A program made the position numbers and the translations under genes. Below the pieces are notes generated by a model that worked only from the letters and a program-made list of their open reading frames with translations, was not told the origin of the DNA and ran no database searches. A stretch of 64,000 bases of DNA from Lingula anatina (Eukaryota > Animalia > Brachiopoda), in assembly GCA_051362555.1 (NCBI GenBank), contig CM120642.1:17608001-17672000 (forward strand), given 5' to 3'. Below are positions 24,904 to 35,114 of the stretch, one piece after another (positions within the stretch are counted from its first letter, which is position 1; each line of letters opens with the position of its first letter).

Positions 24904-27900
24904 CACTTTATTTAGAAAAGTGTGTACATCTAACAGCGAATTTCGGAAGGTATTGGGGATTCATACACTGTATCAAGGTACAGTATATACATGAATTATC
25001 TTGTTTATAGACATGAATTATCTAGTTAAGTGACGGCTTAGTGAAAGGTTATACTGTGCAATAATATATTACTCGATTGTACCTTTTTTGCACTTTATTT
25101 TTGCAGTCAAAATAAATAAAAATAGATCCATTAAGGGGCACAGTGATCAGAGTCACATGCCCTCCCCACATAGCTCTGCTTGTATCTTTCGTACAAAGTA
25201 AAGCCGTCTCCAACCCAAAACCCAAAAATAATAATAATAAATGAATTAGTAAATAAAAACACCACAAGAGAAAAGAGTCATATCCAAACAATTTCCCCAA
25301 CATTGAGCCATACAGATGGAAGTACCGCTGACCTCGCCTTTGAACTATTCTAAACCTGCCCCCCCCCCCCCCAACCCCCAATACCAGCAACAATATCCTG
25401 GATCCTGAATCACGAACTGAGACAACAGGGAAGACAATAAACGAAAATGTTCGAGTCATATCTCGGAATAGGTTATTAACTTAACCGATTGGACATCCCA
25501 AAGTTCTATTACGTGTGAGATAATACACTGTCACCCGAGCGATATATACCATAACACCTCGAGCGTCAGCGAGAGGTGTTCATGGCATATATCGCGAGAG
25601 TATGACAGTGTACATGTATTATTTGAGATGCATACCGAGAAAAAATACAGTCATTTCATCCTAAAACACCCCTAAAACCGAATAAAGTGACCCTATATCA
25701 CGCTCTAGAGAAGTTATGCATACAGAGCGCACATAACGATGGAGGATAGCGCAAATTTACCCTCTACCAGGGCGACATGTTGATTTTTCACAGATATTCA
25801 CAGATCTGTTCCTACAGGTAGATACATAGTCATTTGGCTCTGTGTCGCCCTGTGGTTAAATCTCAAGGCTGATTACATGGCTGGTAATTGATTGCATAAC
25901 TGCTCAGGCATTGCCACTTGACAGGTCGAAGCTAAGACCTCTTGACAGCAATCAAGACAGTTAATTGCTCTGACCATAATCAATCGCTCTTCCGTGACAG
26001 ATAAAAATAGCTCCTTATGAATAGCTTGTTACTTCAGGCAGAGGAATCCCCTGTAGTAGTTGTAGAGGTAGAAGTACTGGTGCAGTAAAAAATTTTATAA
26101 AAAGTACTAAAGTAAATAAAAGAGAATCAATACACCACTGATAATGATATTATGAAATCAAACTTAAGTTGTACGACAAACGCACGTAGAACGTCGATGT
26201 TGCACTTCGTAGTTCTATACCCACGACCACCAATCTATAGCACTTCATAACTGAGGGAGACGTTTTTCAAGAAGTCCGAAACAAGTAAGTCATATAAAAG
26301 ACTAAGCGGAGTCTATATCATTGCATCAAAAAGACAATACCTCCAGTAATTAATCGTTAGACGGTCATTCCTCCAACCCCTTCCAACCACGTGAGTATAG
26401 CAGACAGCAGAGCCTTATAATAGACAGGTTGCGTAACGAGCAGTTATCACATCGACAGAAAGCGAAGCTCTGTAGAGCGGGTGCAATGCCATCTGCGTGA
26501 GGCGAATTTCATTGCTTCCATTATGCCAAAAGTCACAGGGTGTTTTTTTTTTTTTTTTTTCATTTTTCCCTATATAATCTGCCACCCTGGTAGAGGGTAG
26601 GGCAAATTTAGACTGTGACCTAGGACGCAGTCGAAGAAGGATATCACCTGGAATATACCGTAGATCATGTAGCATATAGATTAGAACTGAATATTTCTTT
26701 AAGCATTTGTACATGTATGATCTTCATCTTGGCTGAAGGCTTGGTCTTTGATTTTCAGTTCTGTGACGGGGACTTACTACAGATATCTGGCCATTTCTAA
26801 CGACAAGTGTAAGATTAGTGAGTATTCCATTACATTTGTGATGTATTTGTTTCCCACTGTGGACCAGGACTCGCATATGTAACCCACTGGCAGTGCCAAT
26901 GTAACAGTATTGGTCTTAAAATACACATAAATGACAGTTTCTTCTCATTTAGACTTGATTTTCCTTTTCCTCTACAAAAATGCTTCGGTGAGTTAGTGAG
27001 AATTTGACACTACAAATACTTTTTTATACTTTTCAGAACATTTTAACACTAATTAACGTATTCTCAAAATGAAAAAAATGCCCTCGTGTAATTTCAGCAA
27101 GAAGAAGCACATGTGGGTATATAACAACAACCAGCACTTCAAAAATACGAGACGATGACTGCGAGGATTCACGACGGTTTGTTTGCGAGAAGCGGGCAGG
27201 TAAATATGACGTTTTTGTTTATTTTCTTTTCTGAGTGGTTTTAAGGACGAGTTTTATTTTGTTTAAATACAATTAAAATAAAACGCCTATGAACCAGAAA
27301 ACACCGAAACCGCAATTCTCTAATCCACATGTGACTGAATGTTTTTGTTCCTTTCACAGAAAGTACATTAAGTGTAGGACCAACATCTACAGCAACGGTT
27401 TGTTCTGCAAACCCCTGCAAAAACGGCGGAAAATGCAAGGAGACTGATAATAAAAGACGCAAACGGAGTACAAACAGCTTGATCTCGGGGTGGGCGGCTT
27501 TGTTTAAACCGAAGGGGAATTCGGGTTCCGCAGAGAACACTGGTTATACGTGTGAATGTCCTGCTGGCTTTGGTGGCGTCAACTGTGAAAAGAGACGTAG
27601 GCATAATTTAAGTTATTGTGCAAAACAAAAGACCCCAAATAATTAAAGGTGACTGTTTCTAATCTTAGCATTGTTCAAAAATGAGCAACAAAAATTTTAA
27701 TACAAAAGGGGATATTATATTAATATCATGATGCAATTTTTAAAAAAATATGATATTTTCCACTACTCAGAATGCACGATGCCTTCAAGCCCATCTAAAA
27801 CCATGACGCTACAAGCCCGAAACAACGTAGGAGAAAGCATCATCTACAGATGTTACTACGGCTACACAGTAATTGCTGGGAATCTCGATCGAAGGTGTGA

Positions 27901-30900
27901 GGTTCAAGGATCCTCAGCTAATTGGAGTGGGTCGGCACCGACGTGTGTGCGTAACGGTAAATGCAATTCTTTTGGTTTAAATCTGTAACAGTTTATGTTG
28001 ATATATTCTTTGTGAATAAAGCTAACCTTCAAAGAAATAAACTGTATAGATTGCTTACGTCTCCCATGCGCAGTAATTAAATCAAAATGTTTTGGCTTCA
28101 AAATGCTTTAACAGTATTTTTGTGGATAAACATCAAATCAATATTTTTTTTACTTCATTAACGCTTTAAAAGTTTTTTTTATGAACATCCGAGCAAGTTT
28201 AACAGAGGCGAGTTATATACATACCTTTATTTTTTGGCATGGTAACAGCAATATCCTGGAAAGCTAGTTATTAAGTAAATGGGGATTTAGACGTCTACAT
28301 ACATGTTATCTATCATAAACGGAGCCGATATATGATAATATCACATATCTAACGGTCAATTTCCATCCATTCCAGAGTGCTATAGATCCACATGTCAAAA
28401 TGGCGGTAAATGTACAAACACTGCGAACGGATATAAATGTTCTTGTCCAACTGGCTTCACTGGAAGAAAATGTGAAATAAACATTAACGATTGTGATCCT
28501 AACCCATGCGGTAAAAACGGAAGATGTTTAGACGGTGTAAATAAGCACGTTTGCATTTGTAATCTTGGTTTCACTGGGAACCACTGCAAGACAAACATTA
28601 ACGAGTGTGCATCGAATCCGTGTAAACATGGCACTTGTCGCGACTTAGAAGCTGCATACGCATGTCATTGTGATCATGGGTTCACCGGTGCCCAGTGTGA
28701 AACGAACATAGACGAGTGTGCTTCCCAACCTTGCAAAAATGGCGCCGTATGCACAGATAAAGTCAATGGATTCGTTTGTTCATGCATATCGGGATTTTCT
28801 GGTTCAACTTGCAATGTGAATTTAAATGAATGTTCCTCGAACCCATGTCTCAAAGGACTTTGCAAAGATGCAGTAAATGGATACACGTGCATCTGTCCGG
28901 CTGGTTTCACTGGCAAACGTTGTGAAACAAACATTGACGAGTGTGCCTCTGGCCCTTGCAAAAATGGCGGTGGATGTGTGGACAGAGTCAATGGATTCAA
29001 ATGCACCTGTCCAGTTGGGTTTACCGGTGTCCAGTGTGAAACGAATATAGACGAATGTGCCTCTCAACCTTGCAAAAATGGCGGCTTTTGTACTGATAAA
29101 GTCAACGAATTCAAATGTGATTGTGTGGCGGGGTATACGGGTTTGGTCTGTGAGACAGACATAGACGAATGCTCTTCTACTTCTTGTATGAACGGCGGGC
29201 AGTGCAATGATGCTGTTAATGGCTACAATTGTACTTGCCGTGGTGGATGGACCGGTCTGTTGTGTGAGGTTGCCATTGATGAGTGCGCATCTATACCTTG
29301 TCAACACAACGGTTTATGTAAAGATGAGATCAACGGCTATACGTGTTCCTGCCAAAGAGGGTATACTGGCCATGAATGCCAGACCAATGTTGACGAATGT
29401 GCATCTAACCCTTGCAATAATGGTGCAACGTGTATTGATGGTGTGGATGACTACACGTGTGCCTGCAAAACTGGATTTGCCGGCCTTACGTGCCAAACAA
29501 ATGTTAACGAATGTGCGTCTAACCCTTGTAAGAATGGTGCAACATGTATTGATGGTGTGAATGAATACACGTGTGCCTGCAAAACTGGATTTGCCGGCCT
29601 AACATGCCAAACAAATGTTAACGAATGTGCGTCTAACCCTTGCATGAATGGTGCAACATGTATTGATGGTGTAAATGGATTCACATGTTCATGCAAACCT
29701 GGTTTTACCGACCCAATGTGCAAAACCAATGTTGATGAATGTGACTCTTATCCTTGTAAGAATGGTGCAACGTGTGTTGATGGTGTGGATGGATTTGCTT
29801 GCTCCTGCAAAAGTGGATTTGTCGGCCCAACATGCGAAACCAATGTTGACGAATGTGCGTCCAACCCTTGTAAGAATGATGCAACGTGTATCGATGGTGT
29901 AAATGAGTATACATGTGCATGCAAACGTGGATTTGCCGGCCGTACATGCGAAACCAATATCAACGAATGTGCATCTAACCCTTGCAAGAACGGCGCAACA
30001 TGTATTGATGGTGTAAATGGATTCACATGTTCATGCAAACCTGGTTTTACCGACCCTACATGTGAAACCAATATCGACGAATGCGCATCTGACCCGTGTC
30101 AGAACGGAGCAACATGTGTAGATGGCGTTAACAGGTATAACTGTGTATGTCTGGATGGGTATGCTGGTTCTTTATGCGAAATCGATATAAATGAATGTGC
30201 GTCCAACCCATGTCAGAATGGAGCAATGTGTTCGGATGGTGTGAATGAGTATACATGCACGTGTCTCGCAGGATTTTCAGGCTATATCTGTGAAACTAAC
30301 GTCGATGAGTGCGAATCAAACCCTTGCCAAAATGGCGGCAGTTGCAAAAATGCAATCAATGGATACAGCTGCAGCTGCCCGTCCGGATTTACCGGATCAA
30401 ACTGTGAGACTGATATCTTTGAGTGTGCCTCTAATCCGTGTAAAAATGGTCTTTGTTTCGATGGTATAAACAGTTTCACTTGTATGTGTGGCTCTGGTTT
30501 TGCTGGTCCCACGTGCGAAATCAACATAAACGAATGTGCCTCCAACCCTTGCAAGAACGGCGCAACTTGCATCAACGATATCGATAGGTACAAATGCAAT
30601 TGTTTAGCAGGATATATTGGTTTGCATTGTGAATCCAATGTCGATGAATGTTCATCTAATCCCTGTGGTAGCGGAGGTACCTGCTTGGATGGTGTAAACG
30701 GATACACGTGTAACTGTCCAGGCGGTTATACAGGGACTAACTGCCAGACATACGTCAATGAATGTGCGTCGAACCCCTGCAGCAAAGGACTGTGTCTCGA
30801 CGGAATCGACAGTTTTACTTGTCTCTGTCCGGCTGGATATTCGGGACCCACCTGTCTCATAGACATTGATGAATGTTCCTCCAACCCGTGCTTAAATTAT

Positions 30901-33854
30901 GGTACTTGTGTGGATAAAGTGGACGGATACACGTGTATTTGTCCGGCTGGTTACAGTGGAGACAAGTGTGGAGCATTACCAACTACCAGTGCCAGTACCA
31001 CTGCTATGCCCTCCCCAACAATCACAAAGGCGACAAAAGGTGAGTACATATGCACCGGCTTAAAGAGTGCGTGTACATGTTCATCTTGGAGAAAAACGGA
31101 TAAAAGGATACGGTTTAGTTACTTTTTGTATCAAGTAGCTGGATAAAAGATTGCATATGTAGGAAATGTATATTATTTAAAGAATGAATTTGGTTTGTTA
31201 TAACTATGAAAAGATAATGGAACTGCAAATGAGATCAGGTGAATATTTTGATCCATCAAGTCAAATGAATCTGAGAAAATGAGAAAATAAATCTGAATTC
31301 TTACGTGGAGATGGAGATCACGACGTCTCGACCTGACCGCAAGGTCGTCTACAAGGTCAAGGGCAGAACGTCACCACGCGTCACCTTAACCATCTCAACA
31401 TCAGTTGACCTGAAGAAAACCTTGCAATAAGGCCGAAACGTTGTGATCTCTGCAGTTTCTATTAGTATTAGATTTTATTATTTTTTCAATTGGTAATGAA
31501 TTATGGTAATGAGCTGGTATATATAAATAATTAAACATTTGGCATCACGTGTATTTCTTATGTTTTCAAGATCCTTGTGATCCGAACCCATGCCCAGAAA
31601 AAGAACTAGGACAACCAATTATGTGTCAACCTTCTAACGGGGGTTATGAATGTATTCGACCCAGTGGTGAGTGCTAGAAAACCACATGAAGCCTGGTTAT
31701 ATCTTTGAAAGTTTTTAATTTCATGTCTATCTAAGCTCGTTATCAGCTATTTACATTTGTACATAAACGGTAGCACCGATAAATGATTAATATTGTGATG
31801 ATCAGAGAGTATTTATTTATTTATTTATTACTAAAACCACCTTAAAAGATGAGTAAAAAAATTAATATATGTGTAAAATAATACAATAAAAACAGTAATT
31901 AAAACGATTTTAAGAGCAGTCTCGCCAGCACATATTCTTTTGAGAGTCTGTTCTGATAGCTGGGGCTGTTTACCAAAAATCTCAGCGTATCAACCAGTCC
32001 TGCCGGTGCATGCAGGTCCGGGCCAGCATTTCGGATTCCCGACCCACTCAGACATAAGATCGGGTTCATACCGTAGGAAACAATCCTCTGGAGCAACGAC
32101 CCCTGCACTATGGAACGATTAAGCATAAAATGAGACAGCTGATTAGTTAAAAGTTTAAGATATGGTGTGTCAACTCTCATTACCCTGCGGTATAGTGATT
32201 CCACATTTCTAGATATAGTGTAACTAATTTTCGGAACATGTAAGGCTTCTAGGAGAGCAGAGGTATGAGATCGCGAAGATAAACCCATGAATCTTGTGAC
32301 CTGTTTGTTTTGTAATGTATCCAGGCCTTTTATATTTTTACGAGACATACAGATGGAGTTAGTTCCATAGGTTATGACGGGGGATATTTACCATAGGTAT
32401 CAGGGTCATGATAGTGCTATTATGGTAGCTGATGATAAGATGACATGATAGCAGATATTTTAGTGATATTTTTTGCATTTTGGACCGAGGCTAGAAATTA
32501 AGACAGCTAGGACAAACCATTTAGAGTTTTATAAATCTTCTTGAAGGTGCCTAAAATGCCGCATAATTGTGTCACAAATAAGGAAAAAGGGGCGGATTTC
32601 CACAAGATATCGATCGTATTTCTATGTAAACATTCTTAATACATTTACATTTTACAACATAGTATTTCGGCAAGCAAGAAGTTAGTGGTCAATTGTCCAC
32701 ACTAGCAATTTTACAAGTTATCATTTCGTCAGGAACCAAACTCATGGTCAACTAGCTGTACGTCGCCCAGTATTTTGGAATAAAAAGTAGAAATATGCAA
32801 ATCGGTGCTGTTCACCCTTTGCAATCAGAAAAATATAAAAAAAAAACAATTAGATGATAGGACATAACACCTTATACCTTATTTTGCTTCGTGTATTACA
32901 CAAGTGTTTGTATGTCACGTGCATGTACATGTACGTGTGACCTGTACCTTCAAAAGACACTTAAAAGAGGAACTTAAGAGAGCATACTGATATTTACCAT
33001 AGGTATGTTATCAAAGACAGCTCGTGTTTACGGGATTTAAAAAGATAGCTGGGAAAATGTTGACGAAAAATAACAACCGATATGCATTCAGAACATTGAC
33101 ACAATTTACGATTACTAGTTCCTCGTACACTTTACCGATTCTTTTTACTTAAAATACACTCTTTTTTTAATAAAAGGCTTATTTGTAAGCTTTCGCTGAC
33201 GGGGATCGATTGAACGTTTTTGTCTTTTTTACAGAAAGTACATCTACAACAAAGCCATGTTCTTCAAATCCCTGCAAAAACGGCGCGCAATGCAAGGAGA
33301 CTGATTATGGCGCTTCCGGCACATTTAAAAACCAGCTTGGTGGTTACCAATGTAAATGTCCTCCTTTTTACACCGGCAAACATTGTGAGGGCCATATCAA
33401 TTTTTGTCAGCCAAACCCATGTCAGCATGGGTTCACATGCGCTCCGAAGCTTGGGGGCTACATCTGCACCTGTCTAGCCGCACACAATGGCACCCACTGT
33501 AAAACCCGTGTCGACCCTTGCCTCAGCTCCCCCTGTCTTCATGGCGGACGCTGTACCACACAACTCGATGGGACCTTCCAGTGCACATGCCCGAATATGT
33601 GGACCGGTGCCCGCTGTGAGCGATGCCTGTGTCAGAACGGAGGTACATGTGACTACAGTCCCAGTGACGGTCACGTGTGTCGCTGCCAAGCTGGGTTCAT
33701 CGGGAAGAAGTGTGAGACTGAGGAAAACGAATGCGACAGCTATCCTTGCTTGCATGGCACATGCATTGACTTGGTCAACGATTATAAATGTACCTGTGAC
33801 CCTGGCTACACTGGTAAAGACTGTAATGTCAAGTCTGGCAGTTTGATTGGTTAA
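17893..33854 (+). CDS. Secreted mosaic protein (fibropellin/Notch-EGF-like): signal peptide - C-type lectin - EGF - Sushi/CCP - 23 EGF - Thr/Ser linker - partial EGF - 5 EGF; ~1429 aa. Exons 17893-17977, 18203-18443, 26759-26817, 27098-27199, 27360-27596, 27771-27956, 28376-31039, 31571-31666, 33235-33854
   Basis: All exons are GT-AG bounded with compatible phases and sum to 4290 nt, open. CTLD motifs TWTVAQKVC..GGTLA, AWVG and DDDC...FVCE; Sushi C...YRCYYGY...W..SAPTC. No transmembrane segment. The splice to the last exon is the least certain part. Confidence 0.75.
18505..18822 (-). repeat. 3' LTR
   Basis: No difference from 24349-24666 by eye; termini tgttac...taaca. Confidence 0.95.
19115..24262 (-). 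CDS. Bel/Pao gag-pol polyprotein interrupted by one in-frame TAG (21083-21085)
   Basis: Gag Cys/His knuckles (CILCKEQHKLHQC, CFGCLAYGHRKHEC, CQKCNSYH), protease VLDEQSD, RT YVDD, RNase H FSDAS/RLEL/YWTDS/NPAD, and integrase HHCC + VDFFGP...SHMGGVWE. The two ORF-track ORFs are in the same frame. Confidence 0.93.
24349..24666 (-). repeat. 5' LTR
   Basis: Direct repeat of 18505-18822. Confidence 0.95.
24824..24901. repeat. (TA)n microsatellite
   Basis: Seen directly in the sequence. Confidence 0.97.
25524..25612. repeat. Long imperfect palindrome, probably part of a non-autonomous DNA element
   Basis: tacactgtca..cgatatat.ccat.aacacctc - gagcgtcagcga - gaggtgtt.atgg.atatatcg..tgacagtgta. Confidence 0.6.
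28376..31039 (+). CDS. Single 2664-nt exon with 23 tandem, mostly calcium-binding-type EGF repeats
   Basis: Repeats are [DN]-[IV]-[DN]-E-C-x-S-x-P-C-x-N-G-x-T-C with a ~114 nt period. The reading frame starts 440 nt upstream of the ORF-track start. Confidence 0.95.
31805..32385 (-). mobile_element. 5'-truncated non-LTR retrotransposon (LINE) 3' end with (TAAA)n tail
   Basis: A 149-aa ORF resembles the post-RT C-terminus of LINE ORF2 (SHTSALLEALHVPKI). It is followed by a short UTR and a TAAA repeat at ~31810-31829. Clade not assigned. Confidence 0.65.
32581..33234 (+). pseudogene. Relic 3' end of a signal-peptide exon (donor GT>AT) and its intron
   Basis: gggcggatttccacaag|atatcg matches the exon-1 end ggcggatattcggaag|gtatcg. 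The following sequence aligns with intron 3851-4451 (reverse strand). Confidence 0.75.
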
Positions 33855-35114
33855 AATATTTGCAAAGTAAAAAACCTTCTCACCTTGAGCCGTTCACTTT
33901 TCTGTACGGTACGAGAATGAGAGAGAGTGCATTTGTAGCCATGCAGGCAGTAACATAAGAAAGATCGCCTTAGGGGTATTGTTACCCTTTATTGCTATCG
34001 ATACCGAAAATTCGGTTTCTCCTGCATCTAATTATTCAATAATTCATCTATCATTGTACCGGTTTAAAACAAAATAAATCTCCCAGAAAATATAAAATAT
34101 CGGCGTTTATATTTCTTGTTGAAATGTGTACGCATAGGCAACTCAAAGCTTTTATCGTTTATTTGACACCTTTTTTTATTTTGAGGTGAGACAGCAATTG
34201 GAATGCGGCGTAACTTTATCCCTGAACAAAATTTTATCACGAAAATTGGCAGAATTTATCACAAGTGTATGGGCTACAGTCCGGTAATGTTACTTCGGAT
34301 TAAGTGTGTTTTGTTATGGAGTTGTGAACCCCTTAATACATATTTTCATTACACAAAGCCATTATTTTGCTATATTATCGATAAAATGACAGAATGTTTG
34401 AGACAGTCGCAATATTCTTTATAGACAATGTGTGATTTAATACTCTGAACTAGCCACTCGTCCACCATCAGGTTGATTCCTGACCACTGCCTACTCCCTC
34501 CCTCAGCTGCCCTCCGATGTGCCAGGCCCTTCAACCCCCCCCCCCCCTGTAATTTGAATTAAGTAAAAACTATTTTTAGAATTATCATGTCAAATTATCG
34601 TGTAATATAATATGATATGATAACAGCTTTACTAGGCGTGACAGACATTTAAGCCGGTTACATTGATAGCAATTTAGTGAGACTCGCCAGGGAGATAGAC
34701 CGTTCCCCCTAACGAGCACATCCTACTGCTAATTGTGTGTAAATTTGGGGACAATTTGTGCTGTTCTTTCAATTTAATGGGCATTTCTTCACCTTCTTTA
34801 CCTCTGTAGAAATCAAACAAAAATACAGCTAATATAAAACCATTATTCTGAATTAGTTCCTACAATCTCTTACAGATACACGCTTGCGAGAAGAAAGAAC
34901 ATTACATCAGAGTTTGAAGTTTGAGCTTGAAGTTTGAAAATGTTCATCGGTCGGCAGACGGCATACCGTCTAAGCTTAATAATTATATACAGTATATCAT
35001 TACGAGCCAGGGACTTGGAAATCCTGTGCTTACGAATTTGTCTTCAATTGGAGGTACTAGTTGGCCATATACAGTTTCTTCTAATGATATACTAGTACAT
35101 TGTGCAGCTGGGTT

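Noticed and set aside
24661-25010. ORFs of YIYIYI, poly-K/F, RERE and YLFI type (also 7112, 11014, 12140, 46546)
   Set aside because: Translations of microsatellites and homopolymer runs.
29390-30130. Regular ~114-bp repeats as a CRISPR-like array
   Set aside because: They are in-frame EGF coding repeats with no repeat-spacer structure, in a eukaryotic context.
28395-30707. Many antisense and alternate-frame ORFs over the EGF array (also over 2.2-3.9 kb and 33.2-33.8 kb)
   Set aside because: Shadows of Cys/Gly/Asn-rich repetitive coding sequence.
28816-31146. Calling the EGF array Notch, Delta/Serrate or Crumbs
   Set aside because: No LNR, ankyrin, DSL, laminin-G or transmembrane domain in the reconstructed gene.
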